A stretch of DNA of 52,067 nt from a virus (IMGVR_UViG_3300030098_005673:1-52067); one strand, 5' to 3'. Positions 8,826-16,360 are shown, numbered from the stretch's first letter. Notes: generated by a model from the sequence alone, not told the origin. Program-made: numbers and translations.

Positions 8826-8987
8826 TCAACCTGCTATTGTTTCCACACTGATGATCTGCCATGCGTTCCGGTTGTCTGATTGAATGAGTTGGTTGATTGC
8901 TTCTATCTCGGTTTCGGCTTCCACCGTCAGGGTCTTCTCTCCTTCGAAGTATCGATCATTGTCGATGTAGTTGATTCGATATTTCAT
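8826..8987 (-). CDS. Small hypothetical protein (53 aa, below ORF-track cutoff)
   Basis: MKYRINYIDNDRYFEGEKTLTVEAETEIEAINQL...; fills the gap in the minus-strand block. Confidence 0.6.
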   Translation of the reverse strand: MKYRINYIDNDRYFEGEKTLTVEAETEIEAINQLIQSDNRNAWQIISVETIAG

Positions 8988-9025
8988 GTCGAAAACCCGC
9001 GACATATGAGTAGTTGTAGAGGGGG

Positions 9026-9427
9026 CTAGTTTCGATAGACTCCAGCCCAGTACGGGTGGCCTGATTTGCTCTTAGCGTAGCCGAACCCTACTTTCTTGCA
9101 GTTGCTGAAGATCCACCTCTTATGGGGTGGCGAGCAAACCCAAGCGTTTAGAACTGCTTGCGGGGTTTTGTATCCCTTGGCGATAATCTGTTCTCCCCCT
9201 CCGTGGTACATACAGTTTTTAGCTGCCATGTGTTCGGCCCATTTCTGGGCAATCTTGCAGAGTTCAGGGTCTAGCTCTTGCTTTATCAAGACGCTGCTTT
9301 TTGCCCTAAGCTTTTGGCTTGCTTTATAAAGGTCCGTTACCTCCGGCGGCTTGTTTATCAGTCCGGGCATGTAAGAGGTGATGACGGCCATAAAAAAAAT
9401 TACTGAAGGTAAATGTGTGATTCTCAT
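9026..9427 (-). CDS. CAP/SCP-domain protein with signal-like N-terminus
   Basis: LCKIAQKWAEHMA...MYH...EQIIAKG...WVCSPPHKR...VGFG; AAGGAAG RBS before ATG 9427. Confidence 0.85.
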   Translation of the reverse strand: MRITHLPSVIFFMAVITSYMPGLINKPPEVTDLYKASQKLRAKSSVLIKQELDPELCKIAQKWAEHMAAKNCMYHGGGEQIIAKGYKTPQAVLNAWVCSPPHKRWIFSNCKKVGFGYAKSKSGHPYWAGVYRN

Positions 9428-9437
9428 TTCGCTTCCT

Positions 9438-10859
9438 TTATGCGATTGTGAAATTGGCACGCTTAAGTACGAGTTCATTAAACCCGCTGGCGCAGGCATC
9501 AATTTGGTCGTCATGCTTGCCGAAGTAAAACACCTTTGCTTCGTCGATAAATTCTTGGTTCCATGCACCTTCCTTGAGGCGGAACCTGCCTATACCTGCT
9601 TGTGTCGCCATTGCTTCGGCCCGAACCTCTTTGGCTCCGGTAGGCTTGCAGCAACTGACCCTCCAGCCAGCGAGCATTCTCTTCATGGAGTCCATGAGAC
9701 TTTTTCCGGCGGAGCCGGGTTCCTGCTCAAAGTGGACGGCTGTTTTCTTTCCGTCCATTTCTGCTGTGGCTTGTATGATAGAGTCCCGCTGGTGTGATGC
9801 CCACTGCCCTCGCACTACATCAAGCACCCAGTAGTTCCCGTCTTTGGGGTCGCTTGGCCCTGCCTGCTCTACACCTATGAGGACACCGACAGTCCAGTCA
9901 CCACCACCTTCGGTAGCTGCCATATCCCAAGACCTGATCTGCCTCGTGATAGGCCACTGGGGGCCAGCGTGTACGGGGAACCACTCTTCGCGGAACATCC
10001 CTCCGCCACGAGGGACGGGTGTTTGTTGATGCTGACCGGCGGTCGCATACGGACCCATGACTTTCTCTAGCTCGTCCACCGTTTTCTTGTCGAATCTTTC
10101 AGGGAAGAGAAGCTCTCCCTCCTCCGTACGCCAGTCTTCGCCGATGGAGGTTTTGCAGTGCATTGATTTCTCATACCTCATGGGAAGACACAGGTGTTCG
10201 TACCCTAATTCAATCGCAAGTGCGGACGGGTCTTCTTCATGGAGCCTTTGCATAATCATCACGATGGCGGACGAGTCCGGATTAGTTAGTCGCGTGGGGG
10301 CTGTCTCCGTAAAGAACGCCTCGCATGACTTTCGGTCCAGTTCAGACCGTGCGTCCGACACACTCAAGGGATCATCTATGATAAGCCTGTCTCCCCTCCG
10401 ACCGGTGATGCTCGCTCGTGTGGAGGCTTGCCGGTATCCAGTTCTTTCATTCTGAAAGTTTAGCTTTTGGTTTTGGTCAGCCTGTAGTCCGCAGGGCCAC
10501 ATGCTCTGAAACCAGTCCGAGGAAAAGAGTCGCCTAGCCTTCAGGTTGTCACGCACTGCAAGCGACTGCTCGTGGGCCACTGAGAGTACACGGGTTTCGG
10601 GCCTGCCTAGCGGACCCCACTCCCACATAGGCCAGAACACGCCGGTAAGCAGGCTCTTCATGCAGCCGGGCGGGATATTTATGAGGAGCCTTGTGATTTC
10701 CCCACGACTCACTGCTTCAAGGTGTTCGCACATTAACTCGATATGCTTGCCTTGAGTGTAAGGCTGGCTAGGCTCAAGTATGTGCCACGCCTCCTGTATG
10801 AAGAAGCTCAGGGACCGGCCACAAAGCTCTTTAACGATTTCCTGTTCAAGTTTTTCCAT
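9438..10859 (-). CDS. terL: Terminase large subunit
   Basis: LLINIPPGCMKS (Walker A), GRRGDRLIIDDP (Walker B), IMQRLHEED, RSWDMA and HDDQIDA nuclease motifs. Confidence 0.96.
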   Translation of the reverse strand: MEKLEQEIVKELCGRSLSFFIQEAWHILEPSQPYTQGKHIELMCEHLEAVSRGEITRLLINIPPGCMKSLLTGVFWPMWEWGPLGRPETRVLSVAHEQSLAVRDNLKARRLFSSDWFQSMWPCGLQADQNQKLNFQNERTGYRQASTRASITGRRGDRLIIDDPLSVSDARSELDRKSCEAFFTETAPTRLTNPDSSAIVMIMQRLHEEDPSALAIELGYEHLCLPMRYEKSMHCKTSIGEDWRTEEGELLFPERFDKKTVDELEKVMGPYATAGQHQQTPVPRGGGMFREEWFPVHAGPQWPITRQIRSWDMAATEGGGDWTVGVLIGVEQAGPSDPKDGNYWVLDVVRGQWASHQRDSIIQATAEMDGKKTAVHFEQEPGSAGKSLMDSMKRMLAGWRVSCCKPTGAKEVRAEAMATQAGIGRFRLKEGAWNQEFIDEAKVFYFGKHDDQIDACASGFNELVLKRANFTIA

Positions 10860-11016
10860 TCCAAGATTGTAGCAATTGCAGCGAATAGTTGATGGGGTAG
10901 ACGAAAAACCACCTATCTTGGCAATAGTCGAAAAAAATTAAATCGACGTAACTCCTTTGCCAGCAGCTATTTACGCAATAGTCCAGAAAATTCCGTAAAG
11001 ATTTCTTCCAATATTC

Positions 11017-11046
11017 TTGTATCGTAGACGAATAACTCTATAGAGT
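11017..11046 (+). promoter_or_regulatory. Putative sigma70-type early promoter
   Basis: TTGTAT-N18-TAGAGT in the divergent gap upstream of the early operon. Confidence 0.4.
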
Positions 11047-11058
11047 TTTGGCAATTGA

Positions 11059-11110
11059 CCGCCGACGACTCTTGCCCCGGCAAGACCCGGTGGCACTGAT
11101 CTTTGACAAT
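11059..11110 (+). promoter_or_regulatory. boxB-like hairpin plus boxA-like antitermination element
   Basis: TCTTGC-cccg-GCAAGA hairpin followed by TGATCTTTGACAAT (11097-11110), resembling rrn boxA TGCTCTTTAACAA. Confidence 0.6.
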
Positions 11111-11113
11111 TTG

Positions 11114-11302
11114 AATCGCATCGACCGGAGGAAGCTTTTGCTCGTTAAAAGGGGCAAGCGGAGAAAACAAGGCCCGGCGATAACAGAGGAGTTCGCTGAT
11201 GTGAGTCCTGACTGACCGCAAGATTATGCGGGACACCTGACCAAAGGTGTCGCTAGGCATCAGTAAGATGGGTTCCTCTAAACCAGTAAGAACGAGGCTG
11301 GT
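11114..11302 (+). ncRNA. Multi-stem structured leader RNA, unknown class
   Basis: Nested stems AGAGGAGTTC/GGGTTCCTCT, GCTGATG/CATCAGT, CCGCA/TGCGG, GACACCT/AGGTGTC and ACCAG/CTGGT. Confidence 0.5.
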
Positions 11303-11330
11303 AAATAACTTTAACAAGAAAGGATGAAAT

Positions 11331-11555
11331 ATGGGTGGAGAAAAATATTTAGGATATGGGCGTAAGGCTTTAAAAAGCGAAATGTACGAACTGGCAATTC
11401 GATGTTTTAATACCGCCTACGCCAAAACAATTGGTCACAAAAAACGTGACCGCATCTGCTCGCTAATAGAGCAGGCCGAAGCGAAGGCAGGTATGTCTTC
11501 CTTCCAAGGGTATTGCACCCCTTCGGATGAAGCGTTCATCCGCAAGATGATTTAG
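11331..11555 (+). CDS. Small early protein (TPR-like helix pair)
   Basis: GAAAGGATG RBS; YLGYGRKALKSEMYELAIRCFNTA. Confidence 0.7.
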   Translation: MGGEKYLGYGRKALKSEMYELAIRCFNTAYAKTIGHKKRDRICSLIEQAEAKAGMSSFQGYCTPSDEAFIRKMI

Positions 11556-11575
11556 TCCAGCCCAAGTCGCTGGCA

Positions 11576-11775
11576 TAGCCACCGGGGGCTATTCAAGATA
11601 CCCGGCCATACAACATGCCGGAAACGGTTGCACTAGGATGAGACTTCCTTGGTTGTGGGACTCATGGAATTGGTTCGGACGCGATCCAATATCCCGCTGA
11701 TATCCCTTGCCGCTTACTCAAGCGGACATCAAGGATGCCTAGTGTGCAGGGTTCGAATCCCTGCTCTGGCTACAA
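11576..11775 (+). ncRNA. tRNA-like structured RNA (canonical T-arm, enlarged core)
   Basis: CAGGG-TTCGAAT-CCCTG T-arm at 11747-11763; TAGCCA/TGGCTA closing stem; internal CACTAGG/CCTAGTG stem enclosing several hairpins. Confidence 0.55.
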
Positions 11776-11817
11776 TACAAGTAACCCGTCACATCACATC
11801 TACGAAAGGATTTTGAA

Positions 11818-11973
11818 ATGGATATGTTCAAAGAACTGTCACCAGCCGAAGAAAAAGACTTCCGTCAGTGGGCAAGGGATAACTACACTCCTGACATGGA
11901 AGTAAACCCTATGTGGCATCCGGTTGTCCGTGACGAGATCGAGTTGATTCGCAAAGAGCAGAGTAGCTCTTAA
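11818..11973 (+). CDS. Small early protein (51 aa, below ORF-track cutoff)
   Basis: GAAAGGA RBS; MDMFKELSPAEEKDFRQWARDNY...WHPVVRDE. Confidence 0.75.
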   Translation: MDMFKELSPAEEKDFRQWARDNYTPDMEVNPMWHPVVRDEIELIRKEQSSS

Positions 11974-11998
11974 TTTAATTTTCCTGAAAGGATGAACC

Positions 11999-12901
11999 AT
12001 GAATATTGCAGCAACTGAAGTTAGTAAGAAAGTTCGTGAGCAGTTTGACTTTTCTGTTGACAAGTTTCCACTGTTTGGTCCTGAGAATATGCGGACCCCG
12101 TTCTACGGGCTGTTTCGCTCAGACAGTATGAGTGCTGTCGGGTCAGGCTCAGTGTCGAGTCGGTATGTGCCACACACTACCGAAGACGTATGTGCTTTAG
12201 TGGATGCAGCGTCATCCGCTTTTGACGGCGAGGTAGATGTAAAGTGCCTCTTCCGTGATGGTCACTACGTCACCATTCAGCCAACTCGTGAGAATCGACT
12301 GGCTGTTTACGGCGAGAAGGACAACGTGTTCCCTCGTGTGATGATCAAGGCCGGGTATGACAAGACGGCGTTTAGTGCCTCGATGGGTTACTACCGAGAT
12401 GCTTGTCGAAACCTTGCCATGATGCAGCAGGTCAACGGCACTACCGTAGCCATTCGACATACGTCTGGCTTGCGAGGCCACATGGACGAACTGCTCGCTT
12501 CATTCCAATTGCTCAAGGGCAGTTGGGACAACCTGACGAATGTGATCATGTCTATGGAATCCCGCGAAGTGCAGCTTGCAGATTTCTTGCGGCAAGTTTA
12601 CGGGGAGCCAAATGCTGACGCTTCGTCAAGGTCGCTGAAGCATCACACTGCTCGGACTGAAGCTATCTTCCGTCGAGTGACTCGTGAACGGTACACCACT
12701 GGCCGTGGACCGATGCCGGACAACTTTGTTGTGTCGGCTTGGGAAGCTTACAACGCAGTCCAAGGTTATGTGCAGCATGATATGGGATGGCGTGGTGCTG
12801 GTGGTAACAACCAATCTGCTTCAGGGCAGTTTGAGCGAATCATCAGGGCAGCGTCAAACCAGTCAGTCAAGAAAGCTGAAAAGCTTGCACTGGCTGCGTA
12901 G
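11999..12901 (+). CDS. DUF932-like early protein
   Basis: GAAAGGATG RBS; VSSRYVP, YRDACRNL, IRHT, SAWEAYNAVQGYVQH motifs. Confidence 0.75.
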   Translation: MNIAATEVSKKVREQFDFSVDKFPLFGPENMRTPFYGLFRSDSMSAVGSGSVSSRYVPHTTEDVCALVDAASSAFDGEVDVKCLFRDGHYVTIQPTRENRLAVYGEKDNVFPRVMIKAGYDKTAFSASMGYYRDACRNLAMMQQVNGTTVAIRHTSGLRGHMDELLASFQLLKGSWDNLTNVIMSMESREVQLADFLRQVYGEPNADASSRSLKHHTARTEAIFRRVTRERYTTGRGPMPDNFVVSAWEAYNAVQGYVQHDMGWRGAGGNNQSASGQFERIIRAASNQSVKKAEKLALAA

Positions 12902-12908
12902 GAACTGG

Positions 12909-12933
12909 GGGTGGGCAACCACCCTTTTTCTTT
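12909..12933 (+). terminator. Intrinsic terminator
   Basis: GGGTGG-GCAA-CCACCC followed by TTTTTCTTT. Confidence 0.75.
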
Positions 12934-12950
12934 ACACGAAAGGATGAACT

Positions 12951-13127
12951 ATGAAAGAACGAACCATGAGAGGGAGTATCAAACTGCAAAGTTATGTAGA
13001 TCGCAACGGTAATTTCCGTTTTTACTGGGTAGATGAATTGCGAGGCGAGCGTTCTCGATGGGGTTGGGATTCGGAAGAGGATGCTAGGGCGGCGATGCAA
13101 GATGGGATCGAATGGGAGAGAAACTAA
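12951..13127 (+). CDS. Small early protein (58 aa, below ORF-track cutoff)
   Basis: GAAAGGATG RBS; MKERTMRGSIKLQSYVDRNGNFRFYW... Confidence 0.7.
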   Translation: MKERTMRGSIKLQSYVDRNGNFRFYWVDELRGERSRWGWDSEEDARAAMQDGIEWERN

Positions 13128-13245
13128 GAGCGATGATTTGTGATTAAAGACAAAGGCAAAAGCCAAGCGGACGAGGCTTAGTAGTCGCCGCCCTGCTCGT
13201 TTAGTCGGGCAACCCGCTGTTTTCTTTGCAGTCGTTTGACAGAAG

Positions 13246-13300
13246 CAGCGGTTCTCCTTGGAGCCGCTGGGACCAAATCTACCCCAGCGGCTTTTATTTA
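13246..13300 (+). promoter_or_regulatory. Overlapping antiterminator/terminator hairpins
   Basis: CAGCGGTTC/GAGCCGCTG competes with GCCGCTGGG/CCCAGCGGC followed by TTTTATTT. Confidence 0.55.
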
Positions 13301-13322
13301 ATTTCACAATAAGGGGCATAGT

Positions 13323-13757
13323 ATGGAAAAGTTAATAAGCGCAGTCCGAAATCAAATATCAACTGATGCAGAGTATGTCGATGGAGTTTTGAAAGATGTT
13401 GCAGAACACGGAGCAGCCGGAGGTTTTAGTGGGTTCACCTACTACAAAGACACATTCGATTTTGCTTCCGAGAACATGAGGCTTATACTTTATGAGCTGG
13501 TGGAGGAGTCCAAAGAATTTGGCTATGACTCGGCTGCTCACATGGTTAGCGAGTTCTCTTGCCTGAAAGGAGAGGGGTTTACTCAGGATGCAATAAACTC
13601 TGTTATTTGGAATGACTCTGAGAACCTAGAGAGCTTTGATGACTCGCGATCGAATCAACTTTTTGACGAAGCTACCTTGGTTTGCAATAGCTTGGCTTGG
13701 TATGCCTTGGAGAAAGTTGCACGAGAATTTGTTTCACAACAGGAGGAGATAGTATGA
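13323..13757 (+). CDS. Acidic early protein (DUF7222-like)
   Basis: DVAEHGAAGGFSGFTYYKDT..F and NSLAWYALEKVARE motifs. Confidence 0.65.
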   Translation: MEKLISAVRNQISTDAEYVDGVLKDVAEHGAAGGFSGFTYYKDTFDFASENMRLILYELVEESKEFGYDSAAHMVSEFSCLKGEGFTQDAINSVIWNDSENLESFDDSRSNQLFDEATLVCNSLAWYALEKVAREFVSQQEEIV

Positions 13758-14116
13758 ATAACGCAATAATGTTGATTAGTCCTTACAAGTATAGCGAGCA
13801 GTGGGTTTTCGATGACGAGAACACAGGACTTGTTCGTGAACCGTTTGTGTCAGGTGCGGATCAGATAATTGACCAGATGGTAGCGTCAATTGACGATCCA
13901 GCCTCTGGCTTTAACCTGCTGTTTTCGGACAAGCCATTTCCGGGTCACGGAATTATGCTTGAAAGAAGGCAGCCGGAGTCTGGCGGATACTGGTATCACT
14001 CTGAGTCTCTAGGCATGGACGGCTGGCTGTGTCCAGCTTTGTTCAAGTATTTCGATGAGGCTCCTGAGAAGCTTTACGCTTCAGCCACCCCGAAGTGGTC
14101 TAAGGCTGAAGCATGA
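13754..14116 (+). CDS. DUF6717-like protein
   Basis: PYKY...WVFDD...L.REPFVSGAD...FSDKPFPG...GGYWY...GWLCPALFKYF; AGGAGG RBS. Confidence 0.75.
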   Translation: MNNAIMLISPYKYSEQWVFDDENTGLVREPFVSGADQIIDQMVASIDDPASGFNLLFSDKPFPGHGIMLERRQPESGGYWYHSESLGMDGWLCPALFKYFDEAPEKLYASATPKWSKAEA

Positions 14117-14198
14117 AGAGAAAACGCTTGGCAGGACTCCCTCGATGCTTTGCAACAGGGGGAGTCTGACGAGCATCTATTTGATGAAAGGATCTAGA

Positions 14199-14528
14199 AT
14201 GGTTTACCATGATTACAAAAGTGCTGTGGAGCAAATTACAGATTCAGCTAGGGACGTTTTTAGGGCGGAGGTTTCAGATTTTATTTACGATGAAGTCAAA
14301 GACTATTCCGAAAAAAACGCTCTGGCTGTTTTGCAGCACACTCATTTTTTGGATCTTGCAGAGCAAAAGCTTGGCAGGAATGTTTTTAAAGAGGCAACCT
14401 CATTTGAGGGTCTAGCACAAGAGCTTGCTAGGTATGCCATGTACTACGATTGTTTGGAGGAGTATGGACATGAGTTACTGCGTAACATGCAACGGGATGG
14501 CGAGCCTCATGGCGTGTCCTTGCTGTAG
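14199..14528 (+). CDS. Acidic helical early protein (possible Ocr-like DNA mimic)
   Basis: GAAAGGA RBS; acidic helical pattern ...ALAVLQH...LARYAMYYD. Confidence 0.55.
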   Translation: MVYHDYKSAVEQITDSARDVFRAEVSDFIYDEVKDYSEKNALAVLQHTHFLDLAEQKLGRNVFKEATSFEGLAQELARYAMYYDCLEEYGHELLRNMQRDGEPHGVSLL

Positions 14529-14724
14529 GCCGGAGCCAGAAGTCCCTTGGGAGCAAGTCGAGGATGTTGCTCAAGAGATATTCAAAAAGCTTAAAGCTGG
14601 CGAACTGTCCCGGCAAGAAATTCATTTTGAGATTGACGGCGATCTATCTGACTATCAAGATCAGATTGAAGAGGTCGTCGATGAACTTTTAGAGGAGGAG
14701 CGTGATGAGAGACAGCGAGAATAG
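14470..14724 (+). CDS. Zn-binding (CxxC...CxCC), acidic protein
   Basis: MSYCVTCNGMASLMACPCC; GGAGG upstream; very acidic C-terminus. Confidence 0.6.
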   Translation: MSYCVTCNGMASLMACPCCRPEPEVPWEQVEDVAQEIFKKLKAGELSRQEIHFEIDGDLSDYQDQIEEVVDELLEEERDERQRE

Positions 14725-14938
14725 CTTGAGAGTTGAGTATTGGCAGTCAAAGGCCAAGGCAATGCAAAACCGAATCGAGGAGTTAGAGAAGAAAACAGCC
14801 TACATGCAGGCTTCGGTGGACGGTTTTGATACGCATATTGTTTCAATGAGAGAGTGGGCAAAAACTGTTGCCAAACAAATAAAGGAGTTGCAAAATGAAT
14901 CTGAAAATTCTAAGTCCAAGGAAGGCAACCGTGGCTGA
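14702..14938 (+). CDS. Coiled-coil hypothetical protein
   Basis: GAGGAGG RBS; heptad pattern. Confidence 0.6.
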   Translation: MMRDSENSLRVEYWQSKAKAMQNRIEELEKKTAYMQASVDGFDTHIVSMREWAKTVAKQIKELQNESENSKSKEGNRG

Positions 14939-15122
14939 CACCAGAACGCCAAGGCTGTATCAGGCCAAGGTGTCTCTGGGGGAGGATAAGGTGCGGGTTG
15001 GCAAGAAGACGTTTGACCGAGGCGACTGTAGAATTGTCGTGAAGGAGGGTTCTACCGACACCGAAGGCAGGATCTACCTCGACGTGGGGAGCGAGCATTC
15101 TTTTGAAATTAGCTGGCGTTAA
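14895..15122 (+). CDS. Small beta-rich protein (paralogue of 15199-15468)
   Basis: AAGGAG RBS; EGRIYLDVGSEHSFEISW. Confidence 0.65.
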   Translation: MNLKILSPRKATVADTRTPRLYQAKVSLGEDKVRVGKKTFDRGDCRIVVKEGSTDTEGRIYLDVGSEHSFEISWR

Positions 15123-15129
15123 AGCTCGT

Positions 15130-15158
15130 TTGCACGTCTTTGTTCGCTATGATATAAA
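15130..15158 (+). promoter_or_regulatory. Putative sigma70 promoter
   Basis: TTGCAC-N17-TATAAA with TG extended -10. Confidence 0.55.
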
Positions 15159-15198
15159 TAGGCGGGCGACTAGTTCGCCAATACTATTTTTTTCATAG

Positions 15199-15468
15199 AT
15201 GGAGATGCTGATGAAGTTGCCTAAGCAAAAGGCTGTCGTCACAAGTATTAGAGAGCCGGTGTGGATGAGCATCGGCGAGGTAGAGATGACCAAGGACAGG
15301 TTCTTTGTCCTTGGCTCGTGTTTCCCGGCAAAAGACTGTTGGTTCAGAACTGAGCCTAATTCCGACGAAAATTCTGGTAGAATGTTTGTCGATGTTGGAA
15401 CCGACAAGTCTTACCAGATTACATGGGGTTTGAAAGAGTGGGAGGAGAGCAGGCAAAGGGCTTCTTGA
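15199..15468 (+). CDS. Small beta-rich protein (paralogue of 14895-15122)
   Basis: SGRMFVDVGTDKSYQITW. Confidence 0.65.
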   Translation: MEMLMKLPKQKAVVTSIREPVWMSIGEVEMTKDRFFVLGSCFPAKDCWFRTEPNSDENSGRMFVDVGTDKSYQITWGLKEWEESRQRAS

Positions 15469-15743
15469 GCCACTCGGATATGCTAGACATATCTCGTGCT
15501 TTAGAAGATCCTGATCGCTGGGCTGTCCGTATTACATACACCCGCTCTGATAATAAAACCACCAGTAGAATTGTATCGCCTGTAAGGTTTTACAAGGCGA
15601 ACTTACAAGCGCTATGCCTTGGCAGAGAGCAGATGAGAAACTTTGCTTTGAGCCGAATACAAAGCGTAGAGCTAGTTGACGCGCGTGACTGCCTCATGCC
15701 AGAGCCGATTGAAAAGCGACCTTCACCTGATTCTGGCAAATAG
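15465..15743 (+). CDS. Stand-alone WYL-domain protein
   Basis: VRITYTRSDNKTTSRIVSP...LQALCLGREQMRNFALSRIQSV; start uncertain (15465 or 15480). Confidence 0.85.
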   Translation: MSHSDMLDISRALEDPDRWAVRITYTRSDNKTTSRIVSPVRFYKANLQALCLGREQMRNFALSRIQSVELVDARDCLMPEPIEKRPSPDSGK

Positions 15744-15824
15744 CTAAAACATGGCAACGCATCCTTTCCGGGGCGGAGTCGCCATCCTCCTTAGCGATAG
15801 CTACGCGACTCCGCTGCCGTACAC

Positions 15825-15860
15825 TTGGGGACAGGTTTAATTGCCTGTCCCCATTTTTTT
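15825..15860 (+). terminator. Terminator between convergent genes
   Basis: TGGGGACAGG/CCTGTCCCCA stem followed by T7. Confidence 0.8.
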
Positions 15861-15862
15861 AT

Positions 15863-16228
15863 TTACACGTTCGAAACGTCTACCCACTCCATGTACAGTG
15901 TTTTTGGTGCGGGGTGTATGTAGTCAAGAAATGCCGAAGGTAGCCATATTATATGTCCTTCATACTTTGAATCTCCAGTGTGTCCGTAGCTCAGGTAGGA
16001 GTTCCCTTCGGAGTTGCCAAAAAGCCATCTTAAATTAAACTTTCGATCCGCTTTTCTGTCAAAATCTTCGTCAGAAAAGCGGATAAAAAATTCATCATGG
16101 CCTAGCCATCTTGATATGCCATCAAAAATTTTGTCAGCCGACGAATCAAACTCCGTGTTGTATATGCCTAGTTTTTTATCACTGAAGGACCATCCGATAT
16201 AATCTCTTTTAGGCTTAAAGGCGTACAC
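15863..16228 (-). CDS. Divergent DUF6717-like paralogue
   Basis: Aligns by eye with 13754-14116 (W.F.D..LG...F...AD.I.D, FSD..F, GN.Y, WL..A...Y...AP..LY). Confidence 0.65.
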   Translation of the reverse strand: MYAFKPKRDYIGWSFSDKKLGIYNTEFDSSADKIFDGISRWLGHDEFFIRFSDEDFDRKADRKFNLRWLFGNSEGNSYLSYGHTGDSKYEGHIIWLPSAFLDYIHPAPKTLYMEWVDVSNV

Positions 16229-16360
16229 GTATCACCGCTTATAGGTTTAGAATTAAATTATTAAATTAAACAACAACCTAGCAATCTGGAACTGATGTTG
16301 CACTATCGTGCTGCAAAATGCCAAAACTGTTGCTATTCCTTTGTCTTCGAGTAAAGCCAA

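Noticed and set aside
9378-10755. Several plus-strand ORFs over terL
   Set aside because: Antisense shadows of a well-supported terminase gene.
11195-11265. Hammerhead ribozyme
   Set aside because: CTGATG is followed by TGAG rather than A, and no correctly placed GAAA core was found.
10967-11317. 116-aa minus-strand ORF
   Set aside because: Overlaps promoter, boxA and structured leader; no recognisable motifs.
11690-11775. Canonical tRNA gene
   Set aside because: T-arm is present, but no matching 7-bp acceptor 5' strand, D-arm or anticodon arm at tRNA spacing; reported as tRNA-like instead.
13149-13245. c-di-GMP-I (GEMM) riboswitch
   Set aside because: AAAGGCAAA start is suggestive, but the GNRA loop and GACGCAAAGC core are not present.
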